Assembly (NCBI GenBank): GCA_963727315.1
Contig: CAVSFE010000002.1
Span: 139,674 to 203,673, forward strand
Length of the DNA stretch: 64,000 bases
Direction: 5' to 3'
Source: an uncultured Chloroflexia bacterium
GTDB taxonomy: Bacteria > Chloroflexota > Dehalococcoidia > Dehalococcoidales > RBG-16-60-22
Part shown: one piece after another, positions 27,477 through 39,664 of the stretch
How positions within the stretch are numbered: the first letter of the stretch is position 1
Layout of the letters: each line of letters begins with the position of its first letter
Made by a program: the position numbers and the translations under genes
The notes under the pieces: generated by a model
The model's database searches: none
What the model was told of the DNA's origin: nothing
Seen by the model: only the letters and a program-made list of their open reading frames with translations

Positions 27477-27716
27477 ATGCCTATCTATGAATATATCTGC
27501 TCGGAATGCGACACCAAATTCGAGCAAATGCGCCCGCTGAGCCAGTCCGACAAGGCGGCTGAGTGCCCCCGATGCCATAAACCCGCCCGGCGCAAAATAT
27601 CCACCTTCGCCTGCTTCAGCACGACGGCCGGAGGCGTGTCCCAAACGATTGCCGGGACCGGCGGCAGTTCCTGTGCCAACTGCAGCTCCGGCGATTGCAG
27701 CACCTGCGCTTCATAA
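27477..27716 (+). CDS. FmdB-family zinc ribbon protein
   Basis: MPIYEYICSEC...FE...CPRC...RKIS. Confidence 0.88.
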   Translation: MPIYEYICSECDTKFEQMRPLSQSDKAAECPRCHKPARRKISTFACFSTTAGGVSQTIAGTGGSSCANCSSGDCSTCAS

Positions 27717-27873
27717 CCGGGGAGAACCGGCATCGCCAAGCTTCCCCTGCATTACAGCAAAGACATTGGCCGTCTCAAGCGCGTGCGCATGGGATAAAAG
27801 TCATATAAACCTCACACCCGGCAAAATATCCTGAGAATAGAGACCCAGAAAAATTTTTACTGAGGACTTTGGC

Positions 27874-28539
27874 ATGAAAAAAATCGCCGTCATCAATATC
27901 ACCATTGTTATTATTCTCGCGACATTCATCGGGGGACTGGTATCCTGCGGGTCAACCATCCAGCTGACGACCACCGAGGTGAGGGAATACCAGGGGCAAA
28001 ACCTCTCCTCGATAAACGATTTCGAGGAAAACTCCATTAACGGGCCGCAGTACATCGATATCAACAGCTACCATCTCGATATCACCGGCCTGGTGGCCAA
28101 TCCGACCAGCTACACCTACGATGAAGTGATTAACGACTTTACCAGCTATAAAAAAGTGGTCGAACTGGACTGCGTCGAGGGATGGTCGGTGAATATCCTC
28201 TGGGAAGGGGTGCAGCTTAAAGACATACTGGCGAAAGCCGTGCCCACGCCGGAAGCCAAAGTGGTCATCTTCCACGCCTACGACGGGTACACGACTTCTT
28301 TCCCCATCGAATACATCTTTAATAATAACATCCTCATGGCCTATAAGATGAACGAGGTCGTTCTCCCGCCGGAGAGAGGGTTCCCTTTCCAGCTCGTGGC
28401 CGAGAGCAAGTGGGGCTATAAATGGATAAAATGGATAACGCAAATAGAGCTCTCCGATAACATCAACTATAGAGGCTACTGGGAGGAGCGGGGCTATTCC
28501 AACTCCGGCGATTTGAACGGGACTTTCATCGGGCCGTAA
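27874..28539 (+). CDS. molybdopterin-dependent oxidoreductase (sulfite oxidase/MsrP family), predicted lipoprotein
   Basis: LDCVEGWS, DGYTTS, LAY-like LMAYKMN, RGFPFQLV, GYKWIKWI, GYWEERGY; lipobox GLVSC. Confidence 0.85.
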   Translation: MKKIAVINITIVIILATFIGGLVSCGSTIQLTTTEVREYQGQNLSSINDFEENSINGPQYIDINSYHLDITGLVANPTSYTYDEVINDFTSYKKVVELDCVEGWSVNILWEGVQLKDILAKAVPTPEAKVVIFHAYDGYTTSFPIEYIFNNNILMAYKMNEVVLPPERGFPFQLVAESKWGYKWIKWITQIELSDNINYRGYWEERGYSNSGDLNGTFIGP

Positions 28540-28674
28540 CAGGCGAAGAGATTTTGACACCTGAACATAAAGCTGATAATCTTAATGGTAAAACAGCTTT
28601 AAGCAGGTGCCGACATAAACACTGAAACCCCAGCATCGAAACCAGCGTTCCGGTGGACGTTCATCGTCCTGCCC

Positions 28675-29127
28675 GTGGTTATCCTTATTATTTCCCTGGT
28701 GCTGACCGCCGTTTTTTACACGCGGCTGCCGGCGCAGATTGCCTACCACTTCCAAGGCGGCTCGCCGGACCGATGGCTGAGTCGCGGCGCTTTCGTGACC
28801 TGGCTCCTACTGCCGCAAGGCTTTTTAGCCCTGCTGTCTTTTATCATCGTCAGGCTGGTGCTGCTGAGCGCGCGCTACTGGCCGCTGGACGATACGCTGA
28901 TGAGAAGAGCCCTGCCGGTCATGGGCAACATGCTGGCGCTGCCACAGATCATCCTCACCTTTGCAATGCTCGATATTTTCCTCTACAATGCTTATCAAAT
29001 ACGGCTGATACCCTTATGGGTGTTCGCCCTGGTCATTATGGTCCTGGGCGTGGTCGTCCTGGGGGCGTTCTTTATCCGGACCATCCGCCAGTCCCACCGC
29101 CAGCACATCAAAACCCGTCAGGAGTGA
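28675..29127 (+). CDS. DUF1648-type membrane protein (start uncertain)
   Basis: LPAQIAYHFQGGSPDRW motif followed by TM helices. Confidence 0.7.
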   Translation: MVILIISLVLTAVFYTRLPAQIAYHFQGGSPDRWLSRGAFVTWLLLPQGFLALLSFIIVRLVLLSARYWPLDDTLMRRALPVMGNMLALPQIILTFAMLDIFLYNAYQIRLIPLWVFALVIMVLGVVVLGAFFIRTIRQSHRQHIKTRQE

Positions 29128-29133
29128 AAACAG

Positions 29134-30498
<1,365 letters not shown>

Positions 30499-30552
30499 TT
30501 GTAAATTCCAAATTCCAAGCTCCAAATCCCAATTGAGGGAAAGGAGACCTTG

Positions 30553-30930
30553 ATGAATCCGGGCCTGATAAGGGCGGTCGCCGTGGTCACCGTAGCCCTG
30601 GTATTTTACTCCGTCGGAGTTATCACCGAGCAGAGGAAGCACGCCGTAACCCGTCCCGTCCTGTTCTTTCTTACCGTTGGTGTCATTCTGGATATCACTT
30701 CCACGACACTGATGATTATTAACTCGGGCAACATACCCCTGACCGTTCACGGCATCATCGGGTACACAGCGCTAACGGTGATGCTCATCGACGCCATCCT
30801 GATATGGCGGCACCGGCGCAAGAACGGCGGCAACAGGGTATCACCTCGCCTGCACCTTTATACGCGCATCGCCTACGGATGGTGGGTGATAGCTTACATC
30901 GCCGGGGCGATTATATCCATGACGTTATAG
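30553..30930 (+). CDS. small four-TM membrane protein, HsmA-like
   Basis: ALVFYSVGV, GVILDITST, HGIIG pattern; AAGGAG RBS. Confidence 0.6.
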   Translation: MNPGLIRAVAVVTVALVFYSVGVITEQRKHAVTRPVLFFLTVGVILDITSTTLMIINSGNIPLTVHGIIGYTALTVMLIDAILIWRHRRKNGGNRVSPRLHLYTRIAYGWWVIAYIAGAIISMTL

Positions 30931-30954
30931 AAGACTGATGACCTCATTTCATAA

Positions 30955-31165
30955 CCTCACCCTCTTTGTCCCCCTCTCCAGCTTGATACATTTTTTATGC
31001 GGAGTCTATTTTGGCTGGAGAGGGGGAATGTAATTTGAGAGGGGCTAGCGCCCCTCTCGGCGAGCTACTCCCTTTAAATAATAGGGTGTTTAAGAGGGGC
31101 CACGACCCTTCTTTTTTTACTCCCCTTCCCCTTGAAAGGGGAAGGGGACAAAGGGGATAGGGTGA
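30955..31165. repeat. REP-like double-hairpin elements, copy C plus an inverted copy (tail-to-tail)
   Basis: CCCCTCTCCAGC...GCTGGAGAGGGG, AGAGGGG-CTAGCG-CCCCTCT; about 31073-31165 is a reverse-oriented variant. Confidence 0.75.
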
Positions 31166-31177
31166 AGAAAAGATAGC

Positions 31178-31206
31178 TTGACAAACGTTCTATATCATGT
31201 TAGATT
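31178..31206 (+). promoter_or_regulatory. sigma70 promoter of the trp leader
   Basis: TTGACA-17 nt-TAGATT with TG extension. Confidence 0.7.
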
Positions 31207-31224
31207 GAGAGTAATTAAATTATG

Positions 31225-31538
31225 TAAAGGCTACGAACCGGAATAGTAAGTCCACGAGCGGGGCAAAGAGAGTCGGGGAAGGTGTGAGCCGACGCCAGCG
31301 CCGGGGCCGAATGGGCCGGGGAGCCGCAAACCGAAAGTCCTTCGACAGGCTCAGGATAATCCTTCGACGAGCTCAGGATAAATAGGCTTTGCCGCAGGGG
31401 AAGCGTTAAAGAATCCCGGGGTATCGTCCCGATAAAATAAGGACTGTACCCACTGAGGTCCTTCCGACTGGAAGGATAAATAAGGGTGGCACCGCGGAAG
31501 CTAAAGCCCCCGCCCCTTTAAGGACGGGGGCTTTTTAT
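31225..31538 (+). ncRNA. T-box riboswitch, Trp-specific
   Basis: AGAGA and GGTG boxes of stem I; specifier GAA-TGG at 31312-31314; T-box AAATAAGGGTGGCACCGCG at 31478-31496; terminator AAAGCCCCCG...CGGGGGCTTTTT. Confidence 0.92.
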
Positions 31539-31547
31539 TTGGGGAAA

Positions 31548-32978
31548 ATGATGTACCATCCGACACTCGAAGAACTGAAAAAGCTGAAGAAATCGGGCAA
31601 CCTGGTGCCGGTCTACCGGGAAATCCAGGCCGACCTCGACACGCCCGTGTCCGCCTACCTCAAGATAGCACGGGGGAAATATTCTTTCCTGCTGGAGAGC
31701 GTCGAGGGCGGGGAAAGGCTGGCGCGCTATAGCTTCCTGGGCACCGAGCCTTCAAAAATCCTCATCACCGGCGGCGCTATAGCGCCCGACCCATTGATAC
31801 TGGTAGAAAAAGAATTCAAGCGATTCAAGCCGATAGCCATCGAAGGGCTGCCGCGTTTTCACGGGGGAATGGTCGGCTACCTGGGCTACGAGGTAGCCGG
31901 ACATTTCGAAAAGCTGCCATCGCCGTCCAACGACCCGATGGGACTGCCCGAGGCGGTGCTGATGCTGGCGGACACGCTACTAATCTTCGACCACCTGGCA
32001 CACGTCATCAAGGTGGTCTCCCACGCCCGGCTCGACGGCGACATCGAAAAAAGCTACCGGCAGACCACCCGGAAAATCGACCGCCTGATAGCCAGACTGC
32101 AGCAACCTGTCGACGTACCAGAGCCCGAAGCGACAGCCACCGCTAAATCGGCGACAACGGCCAACCTCACCCAGAAGCAGTACGAATCCATCGTGACGCG
32201 CATGAAAAAATACATCTACGACGGCGATATCATCCAGGCCGTCCCATCGCTGCGGCTGGCCCGGCGGACCAATGCCAGTCCTTTCGCCATCTACCGCGCC
32301 CTGCGCTCGGTCAACCCTTCGCCGTACATGTATTTCCTCCACCTCGACGATTTCCACATCGTCGGGGCTTCACCGGAGCTGCTGGTACGCGTCGAGGACG
32401 GCATCGTCTCCAACCACCCCATCGCCGGCACCCGCCCGCGCAGTCAGGACAGCAAAAAGGACAAAGCACTGGGCGAGGAACTGAAAAAAGACGAGAAAGA
32501 GCGCGCCGAGCACGTCATGCTGGTGGACCTCGCCCGCAACGACGTCGGCAGAATCAGCCAGCCCGGCACGGTAAAGGTCACGCAGTTCATGGACATCGAG
32601 CGCTACTCGCACGTCATGCACCTGGTATCGCACGTCCAGGGGAAGCTCAGGCGGGGTCTAACGCAGTTCGACGCCCTGCGCGCCTGCTTCCCGGCCGGCA
32701 CGGTCTCCGGCGCCCCCAAGATACGCGCCATGCAGATTATCGCCGAGCTCGAGCCGGACAAGCGGGGGCCCTACGCGGGGGCGGTGGGCTACTTCGATTT
32801 CCGCGGCAACATGGACACCGCCATCAACATCCGCACCATCATCGTCAAGGACGGCACGGCCTACGTGCAGGCGGGGGCGGGCATCGTGGCCGACAGTGTC
32901 CCCGAAAACGAGTACCGGGAGTGCCTGAATAAAGCCCAGGCGCTCCTGGCCGCCATCGACAAAGCGGAGGCGGGGTAA
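31548..32978 (+). CDS. trpE: anthranilate synthase component I
   Basis: [45 protein letters not shown]. Confidence 0.96.
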   Translation: MMYHPTLEELKKLKKSGNLVPVYREIQADLDTPVSAYLKIARGKYSFLLESVEGGERLARYSFLGTEPSKILITGGAIAPDPLILVEKEFKRFKPIAIEGLPRFHGGMVGYLGYEVAGHFEKLPSPSNDPMGLPEAVLMLADTLLIFDHLAHVIKVVSHARLDGDIEKSYRQTTRKIDRLIARLQQPVDVPEPEATATAKSATTANLTQKQYESIVTRMKKYIYDGDIIQAVPSLRLARRTNASPFAIYRALRSVNPSPYMYFLHLDDFHIVGASPELLVRVEDGIVSNHPIAGTRPRSQDSKKDKALGEELKKDEKERAEHVMLVDLARNDVGRISQPGTVKVTQFMDIERYSHVMHLVSHVQGKLRRGLTQFDALRACFPAGTVSGAPKIRAMQIIAELEPDKRGPYAGAVGYFDFRGNMDTAINIRTIIVKDGTAYVQAGAGIVADSVPENEYRECLNKAQALLAAIDKAEAG

Positions 32979-32979
32979 A

Positions 32980-33543
32980 ATGATCTTACTCATCGACAAC
33001 TACGACAGCTTCACCTATAACCTCTACCAGTATCTCAGCGAGCTGGGAGAAGAGGTCAAGGTAGAGCGCAACGATAAAATTACCCTCAAAGAGATAGAGG
33101 GGATGGCGCCGGAAAGAATCGTTATCTCGCCGGGGCCGGGCAGGCCGGAAGACGCCGGCATTTCCAATGAGGTAATATTGAAATTCGGGGGGCGGGTGCC
33201 GATACTGGGGGTCTGCCTGGGGCACCAATGCATCGGCCAGGCCTACGGGGGGGCGGTCGACCACGCGGGGGAGATAAAGCACGGCAAAACGTCGTTAATT
33301 TACCATGACGGCAAAGGGGTCTTCAAAGGCATCGCCAGTCCGTTCACGGCGGTACGCTATCACTCACTGGCAATACAGCGCTCAAGCCTGCCGACGTGCC
33401 TGGAGGTGAGCGCCTGGACAGAAAACGATATAATCATGGGAGTAAGGCACCGGCATTATAAAGTGGAAGGCGTGCAGTTCCACCCGGAGTCGATATTGAC
33501 GAAAGCGGGGAAGGAGATACTGAAAAACTTCCTGAAATTTTAA
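32980..33543 (+). CDS. trpG: anthranilate synthase component II (glutamine amidotransferase)
   Basis: IDNYDSFT, ISPGPG, GVCLGHQ, RYHSL, QFHPES. Confidence 0.96.
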   Translation: MILLIDNYDSFTYNLYQYLSELGEEVKVERNDKITLKEIEGMAPERIVISPGPGRPEDAGISNEVILKFGGRVPILGVCLGHQCIGQAYGGAVDHAGEIKHGKTSLIYHDGKGVFKGIASPFTAVRYHSLAIQRSSLPTCLEVSAWTENDIIMGVRHRHYKVEGVQFHPESILTKAGKEILKNFLKF

Positions 33544-33567
33544 TAGAAGGGTAGCGGATTACTAGCA

Positions 33568-34608
33568 ATGATTAAAGAAGCCATCGCCACGCTGATTGAG
33601 CGCAAGAACCTCACCTACGAAGAAGCCTACTTCGTCATGGGGGAGATAATGGGCGGGGAAGCCACGCCGGCGCAGATAGCGTCCTTCCTCACCGCGCTGC
33701 GACTGAAAGGGGAGACCCCCGACGAGATAGCGGGGATGGCCAGCGTCATGCGCGCCAAAGCCACCCCGGTAAAGATATCGGGTCCGGCTATCGACATCGT
33801 GGGGACGGGGGGAGACGGCTCGGGGAGCTTCAACATCTCCACGGCGGCGGCCTTCGTGGCGGCGGGGGCGGGGCTCAAAGTAGCCAAGCACGGCAACCGC
33901 GCCGCTAGCAGCCAGTGCGGCAGCGCCGACGTCCTCGAAGCGCTGGGGGTCAAGATAGACCTGGGGCCGGCGGAAGTGGCGGCGTGCATCGAAAGGGTAG
34001 GCATCGGGTTTATGTTCGCCCCCGTTTACCACCCGGCCATGAAACACGCCGCCCCGGTGCGGCGGGAAATGGGCATCCGTACAGTATTCAATATACTGGG
34101 GCCGCTGACCAATCCCGCCCGCGTGGAACATATCGTGCTCGGCGTGCCCAGCGAAGAACTCGGCGGCAAGATAGCCGCCGTCCTCCATAGACTCGGCACG
34201 AAGCACGCGCTGGTGGTGCACGGCAAAGATGGACTCGACGAAATATCCATCGGCGGGAAATCGATCATCTGGGACGTCACCGCAGGGAAGATATCGCCGC
34301 CTTACGAGGTCAGTCCAAAGAGCTTCGGACTCGACAAAGCGGATATCGCCGAAATCAAAGGCGGCACGCCCAAAGAAAACGCCGAAAAACTGCTCAACAT
34401 ACTCGACGGGAAAAGAGGCAGCCTGCGGGACATTACGGTCATCAATGCCGCCGCGGCGCTCATCGCGGGGGACATTACGTCAGATATGAAAGAGGCGGCC
34501 CGCCGGGCCGGGGAAGCCATCGACAGCGGCCGGGCCAAAGAAAAACTCTACGCCCTGATGGAACTCAGCTGGAGCCTGGTGAAAGATGCCCAAGACCATA
34601 CTGGATAA
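33568..34608 (+). CDS. trpD: anthranilate phosphoribosyltransferase
   Basis: DIVGTGGD, FNIST, KHGNRA, RTVFNILGPL, GLDE. Confidence 0.96.
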   Translation: MIKEAIATLIERKNLTYEEAYFVMGEIMGGEATPAQIASFLTALRLKGETPDEIAGMASVMRAKATPVKISGPAIDIVGTGGDGSGSFNISTAAAFVAAGAGLKVAKHGNRAASSQCGSADVLEALGVKIDLGPAEVAACIERVGIGFMFAPVYHPAMKHAAPVRREMGIRTVFNILGPLTNPARVEHIVLGVPSEELGGKIAAVLHRLGTKHALVVHGKDGLDEISIGGKSIIWDVTAGKISPPYEVSPKSFGLDKADIAEIKGGTPKENAEKLLNILDGKRGSLRDITVINAAAALIAGDITSDMKEAARRAGEAIDSGRAKEKLYALMELSWSLVKDAQDHTG

Positions 34609-35365
34609 AATCCTCGCCACGAAGAAGCGGGAGGTCGAGCGGTACAAGCGGTCGGTCCACCTCTCCTGCCTGCTCGAGTGCATCGGCCGCCGGCAGGCGC
34701 CGCTCGCTTTCGCGGCGTCCCTTAAAGGCGACGGGATAAAACTCATCGCCGAGGTCAAAAAGGCTTCGCCGTCCAAAGGGGTTTTGCGTCCGTATTTCGA
34801 CCCCATGGCGCTGGCGAAGACCTACGCCGAGAACGGCGCCGCGGCGATATCGGTACTGACCGACGCCGAATACTTCCAGGGCAGCCCCGAACACCTGGCA
34901 GCCATCCGGCAAACGGTCAGCCTGCCGCTGCTGCGCAAGGACTTTATCTATGACGAATACCAGGTCTACGAGTCCGCCGCCTACGGGGCCGACGCCCTGC
35001 TATTGATTGCGGCCATCCTGGAACCCCAGCAGCTGGCAAAAATGTTGAATCTCAGCCACAGTCTCGGGCTGGGGTGCCTGGTGGAGGTACACAACGAGGA
35101 AGAGCTCAAAATAGCCTTGCAAAGCGGGGCGGAAATCATCGGCATCAATAACCGCAACCTGAATACTTTCGAGGTCGACCTCGATACCACGCGGCGCCTC
35201 CTGCCGTTCGTGCCCGAAGATAAAATCGTGGTCAGCGAAAGCGGGATAGGCCGGCGGGGAGACGTAAAAAAACTCGAAAGTTGGGGGGTGGACGCCGTGC
35301 TCATCGGCGAGGCGCTGGTCACCGCCAGAAATATCCCGAAAAAAATCAAGGAACTCATGTCATGA
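34586..35365 (+). CDS. trpC: indole-3-glycerol phosphate synthase
   Basis: IAEVKKASPSKG, SVLTD, LRKDF, GINNRNL, SESGI. Confidence 0.96.
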   Translation: MPKTILDKILATKKREVERYKRSVHLSCLLECIGRRQAPLAFAASLKGDGIKLIAEVKKASPSKGVLRPYFDPMALAKTYAENGAAAISVLTDAEYFQGSPEHLAAIRQTVSLPLLRKDFIYDEYQVYESAAYGADALLLIAAILEPQQLAKMLNLSHSLGLGCLVEVHNEEELKIALQSGAEIIGINNRNLNTFEVDLDTTRRLLPFVPEDKIVVSESGIGRRGDVKKLESWGVDAVLIGEALVTARNIPKKIKELMS

Positions 35366-36018
35366 CGCGCATCAAGATTTGCGGCATCAAGACCGAAGCG
35401 CAGGCCATCGCCGCGGCCAAAGCCGGCGCCGACTTCATCGGGCTGGTCTTCGCGCCGGGCCCCCGGCAGGTCACGCCCGAAACCGCCGCTAAAATAGTCG
35501 CGGCACTAAAGAAAGAAAAACCGACTATCGAGGCGGTCGGTGTGTTCGTCAATACCGATGCAGGCGAGGTCGAGCGGATAGCTGAAGACTGCCATCTCGA
35601 CCGCATCCAGCTCAGCGGCGACGAGCCCTGGGAATACTGCCGAGACCTCCACCGGCCGATTATCAAGGTGATGCGGGTCAGCCGGAATGAGCCGGCGGAG
35701 CGGATTTTAAAGGACATCGAGTACGGCATGAAAATACTGAACGGGCGGGAAGCAGGAATCCTGCTCGACACAAAATCCAGGGAGAAATACGGCGGCACGG
35801 GCGAGGCCTTCGACTGGGATTCAGCCCGGCCGATAGCCCGGCGGTTCCCGGTTATTATCGCCGGGGGGCTGACGCCGGCCAACGTTTCCCGGGCGATAAA
35901 GAAGATTTCGCCGTGGGGAGTGGACGTTTCCACCGGAGTCGAGACCGGAGGCGTAAAAGACGTGAAAAAAATCAGGGGATTCATCGCAGCGGTGAGGCAG
36001 ACCGATGCCCATGCCTGA
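35362..36018 (+). CDS. trpF: phosphoribosylanthranilate isomerase
   Basis: [35 protein letters not shown]; ATGA overlap with the trpC stop. Confidence 0.95.
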   Translation: MTRIKICGIKTEAQAIAAAKAGADFIGLVFAPGPRQVTPETAAKIVAALKKEKPTIEAVGVFVNTDAGEVERIAEDCHLDRIQLSGDEPWEYCRDLHRPIIKVMRVSRNEPAERILKDIEYGMKILNGREAGILLDTKSREKYGGTGEAFDWDSARPIARRFPVIIAGGLTPANVSRAIKKISPWGVDVSTGVETGGVKDVKKIRGFIAAVRQTDAHA

Positions 36019-37195
36019 CGCGCGCGGCTACTACGGGCAGTACGGCGGCAAGTTCGTGCCGGAGACGCTCATGCCGGCCCTCGACGAGCTGGAGACAGCC
36101 TACGCCGCAGCCATGGCCGACGCCAGCTTTAACCAGGAGTTCGACCGGCTGTGCCGCGACTATATCGGGCGGCCGACACCGCTCTATTACGCCACAAAAC
36201 TATCGGAAAAAGCCGGCGGGGCGACCATCCTGCTCAAGCGCGAGGACCTCGCCCATACCGGCGCGCACAAGATAAACAACGCCCTGGGGCAGGGGCTGCT
36301 GGCGCAGCGCATGGGAAAGAGGCGCATCATCGCCGAGACCGGGGCCGGCCAGCACGGCGTGGCGGTGGCATCGGTGTGCGCCATGCTGGGACTCGAATGC
36401 ATCATCTACATGGGGTCGGAAGACATCAGACGCCAGGCGCCCAACGTCAACCGCATGAAACTGATGGGGGCGGAAGTGCGCCCGGTGACATCGGGGAGCC
36501 GGACCCTCAAGGATGCCATCAACGAAGCCATCCGCGACTGGGTCAGCAACGTGCGCGACACCCACTACCTGCTCGGCTCGGTGGTAGGCCCCCACCCCTA
36601 TCCCATGATGGTGCGAAACTTCCAGGCGGTCATCGGCCGGGAAACGCGGCAACAAGTATTAGCGGTTTACTCTCGCCTGCCGGACTACCTGGTGGCATGC
36701 GTGGGCGGGGGCTCGAACAGCATCGGGCTTTTCCATCCGTTTTACGACGACAGCAACGTAAAGTTTATCGGGGTGGAGGCGGCGGGAAAGGGATTAAACA
36801 CCAATCAACATTCCGCAACGCTGGCCAGAGGCAGGGCCGGCGTACTGCACGGGACAAAGTCTTATATCCTCGAGGACAAGCACGGACAGATAAAAGAGAC
36901 GCACAGCATCGCGCCGGGGCTGGACTACCCGGGGGTGGGACCGGAGCACAGCTTTTATCAAGACAGCGGGCGGGCCACCTACACGGCGGTGACCGACGCG
37001 CAAGCGCTGGAGGGATTCAGGCTGCTCAGCGAGACCGAGGGCATCATCCCGGCGCTGGAGCCATCTCACGCCATCTATTACGCGGCGAAAATGGCGCCGG
37101 AACTATCCAAAGACAAATTAATCATCGTTAACCTATCGGGGAGGGGCGATAAAGACCTGGAAATCGTCACGAAAGAGCTGGGGATGGACGCATGA
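36005..37195 (+). CDS. trpB: tryptophan synthase beta chain
   Basis: [52 protein letters not shown]. Confidence 0.97.
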   Translation: MPMPDARGYYGQYGGKFVPETLMPALDELETAYAAAMADASFNQEFDRLCRDYIGRPTPLYYATKLSEKAGGATILLKREDLAHTGAHKINNALGQGLLAQRMGKRRIIAETGAGQHGVAVASVCAMLGLECIIYMGSEDIRRQAPNVNRMKLMGAEVRPVTSGSRTLKDAINEAIRDWVSNVRDTHYLLGSVVGPHPYPMMVRNFQAVIGRETRQQVLAVYSRLPDYLVACVGGGSNSIGLFHPFYDDSNVKFIGVEAAGKGLNTNQHSATLARGRAGVLHGTKSYILEDKHGQIKETHSIAPGLDYPGVGPEHSFYQDSGRATYTAVTDAQALEGFRLLSETEGIIPALEPSHAIYYAAKMAPELSKDKLIIVNLSGRGDKDLEIVTKELGMDA

Positions 37196-37968
37196 ACCCG
37201 ATAACATCGGTATTCAAGGGGGGACATAAAGCGCTGCTGGCCTACATTACGGCGGGCTATCCCGATATCAAAGCCACGCCGGAGATAGCGCAACTGCTGG
37301 CCGAAAACGGCAGCGACATCATCGAACTGGGCATACCCTTCTCCGACCCGCTGGCGGACGGGGCCACCATCCAGAAAGCCAGCTACCAGGCCCTGCAATC
37401 AGGCACGACACCGGAGGCATGTCTCAAAGCGGCCGAGGAGATAAGGCACAGGATAAAGACGCCGCTGGTCTTTATGACCTATTATAACCCGGTGCTGAAC
37501 TACGGCCTTGAGGCGTTCTGCCGCAGCTGCGGGAAGGCCGGCGTAAATGGTTTAATCGTCCCTGATTTACCGCCGGAAGAGGGAAGAGAGCTCGAAGCCA
37601 TAACAAGAAAGCAAGACATCGACATGATTTATATGCTGGCGCCCACCAGCACCGAAGCGAGAATCGAGGAGGTGGGGAAAAGGTCGCGGGGATTTATCTA
37701 CCTGGTCTCCCTGACCGGCGTCACCGGCGCCAGGGAAGAACTGCCGCCGGAGCTGGAGAACTTCGTGAGAAGGGTGAGAGAACAGGCGAAGCAGCCCCTG
37801 TGCGTGGGCTTCGGGATATCCAGCTCGGCACAGGCGCGGAGGGTCGCCGCCATCGCCGACGGCGTTATCGTAGGGAGCCGTATTATACAGCTGATTGAAG
37901 AAGACGCGACACTGGGCTCGCTCAGGGCCTTCGTCACCAGCCTGAGGCGGTCGCTTGATTCGGGCTAA
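37192..37968 (+). CDS. trpA: tryptophan synthase alpha chain
   Basis: [33 protein letters not shown]. Confidence 0.97.
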   Translation: MNPITSVFKGGHKALLAYITAGYPDIKATPEIAQLLAENGSDIIELGIPFSDPLADGATIQKASYQALQSGTTPEACLKAAEEIRHRIKTPLVFMTYYNPVLNYGLEAFCRSCGKAGVNGLIVPDLPPEEGRELEAITRKQDIDMIYMLAPTSTEARIEEVGKRSRGFIYLVSLTGVTGAREELPPELENFVRRVREQAKQPLCVGFGISSSAQARRVAAIADGVIVGSRIIQLIEEDATLGSLRAFVTSLRRSLDSG

Positions 37969-38048
37969 ATCGAGAAGGAGGTGAAATAACAGGGAAAATT
38001 CATTATAATCTAAATACCGTATCAGCAAATTATGATAAGGAGGTAAAA

Positions 38049-39422
38049 ATGGACAGGACGAAATTTATTCTCAACGAAAAGGACATGCCGACCCGCTGGT
38101 ATAACGTCCAGCCCGACCTGCCGAAGCCACTGCCCCCACCGCTCCACCCGGTCACCAAGCAGCCGCTCGGCCCGGCCGACCTGGCACCCCTGTTCCCGAT
38201 GGAGCTCATCAAGCAGGAGGTCAGCCAGGAACACTACATCGATATACCGGAGGAAGTGCAGGAGGTGTACCACCTCTGGCGGCCGACCCAGCTCTACCGG
38301 GCATACCGCCTGGAAAAGTACCTGGATACCCCCGCCAAGATCTACTATAAATACGAAGGGAGCAGCCCTCCGGGGAGCCACAAGCCCAACACCGCCGTCG
38401 CCCAGGCGTACTACAACAAGAAGGAAGGCATCAAGCGCATCACGACGGAGACCGGGGCGGGACAGTGGGGAAGCTCGCTGGCTTTCGCCTGTAACCTCTT
38501 CGGACTAGAGTGCAAGGTCTACATGGTCAAGGTCAGTTACAACCAGAAGCCCTATCGCCGCATTATGATGCAGAGCTGGGGCGCCACCTGCGTGCCCAGT
38601 CCCAGTACCGACACCAAAGCCGGGCGCGACATGCTCGCCAAAGACCCGGAATGCCCGGGCAGCCTCGGGCTGGCCATCAGCGAGGCCGTCGAGGACGCGG
38701 TCAAGAGAGACGATACCCACTATTCGCTGGGCAGCGTGCTCAACCATGTCCTCCTGCACCAGACCATCATCGGCCAGGAAGCCATGAAGCAGATGGAAAT
38801 GGCCGGGGCCTATCCGGATATCATCGTCGGCTGCGTAGGCGGCGGCTCGAACTTCGCCGGGATGTTCCTGCCTTTCGTTAAGGACAAGCTGGCCGGGCGG
38901 AATAAAGACCTGCGCATCATCTGCGTCGAGCCGGAGAGCTGCCCCACGCTGACCAAGGGGCTTTACGCCTATGACTTCGGCGACGTGGCCGGCATCGCCC
39001 CCATCGTCAAGATGTACACGCTGGGGCACACCTTCATGCCACCGCCCGTCCACGCCGGCGGCCTGCGCTACCACGGCATGGCACCGATCGTCTGCCACCT
39101 TCACAAACTCGGATTCGTCGAGGCGAAAGCCGTGCCCCAGCTGGCAACCTTCGAAGCTGGCGTCACCTTCGCCCGCACCGAGGGTATCATCAGCGCGCCG
39201 GAGACCAACCATGCCATCCGGGTGACCATTGACGAAGCCCTGAAATGCAAGCAGGAAGGCAAATCGAAAGTCATCCTGCTGGCGCACAGCGGGCACGGTC
39301 ACTTCGACATGGGCGCCTACGAATCTTACCTTTCCGGTAAGCTACAGGACTTCGCTTACCCCGAGGAAATGGTAAAACAGGCGCTGAAATCCCTGCCCGA
39401 AGTGCCTGCCCAATTCAGATAG
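38049..39422 (+). CDS. trpB2: TrpB-like PLP-dependent enzyme (type 2 tryptophan synthase beta)
   Basis: [48 protein letters not shown]. Confidence 0.94.
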   Translation: MDRTKFILNEKDMPTRWYNVQPDLPKPLPPPLHPVTKQPLGPADLAPLFPMELIKQEVSQEHYIDIPEEVQEVYHLWRPTQLYRAYRLEKYLDTPAKIYYKYEGSSPPGSHKPNTAVAQAYYNKKEGIKRITTETGAGQWGSSLAFACNLFGLECKVYMVKVSYNQKPYRRIMMQSWGATCVPSPSTDTKAGRDMLAKDPECPGSLGLAISEAVEDAVKRDDTHYSLGSVLNHVLLHQTIIGQEAMKQMEMAGAYPDIIVGCVGGGSNFAGMFLPFVKDKLAGRNKDLRIICVEPESCPTLTKGLYAYDFGDVAGIAPIVKMYTLGHTFMPPPVHAGGLRYHGMAPIVCHLHKLGFVEAKAVPQLATFEAGVTFARTEGIISAPETNHAIRVTIDEALKCKQEGKSKVILLAHSGHGHFDMGAYESYLSGKLQDFAYPEEMVKQALKSLPEVPAQFR

Positions 39423-39443
39423 AGCTGAATTTATAAGGACGAC

Positions 39444-39483
39444 AGGCCCTCTCTTTCCGGGAGGAAGAGGGGGCCTTGTTTTT
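39444..39483 (+). terminator. intrinsic terminator after trpB2
   Basis: AGGCCCTCTCTTTCC-GGGA-GGAAGAGGGGGCCT followed by a T-run. Confidence 0.7.
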
Positions 39484-39485
39484 CA

Positions 39486-39573
39486 CCTCACCCCCTTAAT
39501 CCCCCTCTCCGTTAACGGAGAGGGGGAAATGATTTTAAGAGGGGGCTTCGCCCCCTCTCGCTGCGCACTCCCC
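39486..39573. repeat. REP-like double-hairpin element, copy D
   Basis: CCTCACCCCC..CCCCTCTCC-GTTAAC-GGAGAGGGG..AGAGGGGG-CTTCG-CCCCCTCT. Confidence 0.8.
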
Positions 39574-39664
39574 TGCTAAAGGAGAAATAAACCTGATTTT
39601 TCATAATTTATTAATAATTTAATCGTATGTTATAATTAAAGTAGATAGCAAAGAGGATAAAAAA

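Noticed and set aside
31338-31381. Mini CRISPR array
   Set aside because: Only two adjacent units with no spacer, no cas genes, and it lies within a T-box leader
36151-37131. Long alternative-frame or antisense ORFs (e.g. 36151-37131, 55271-56326, 7091-7984, 29137-30027)
   Set aside because: Shadow ORFs overlapping well-supported genes in GC-rich DNA, with no recognisable motifs
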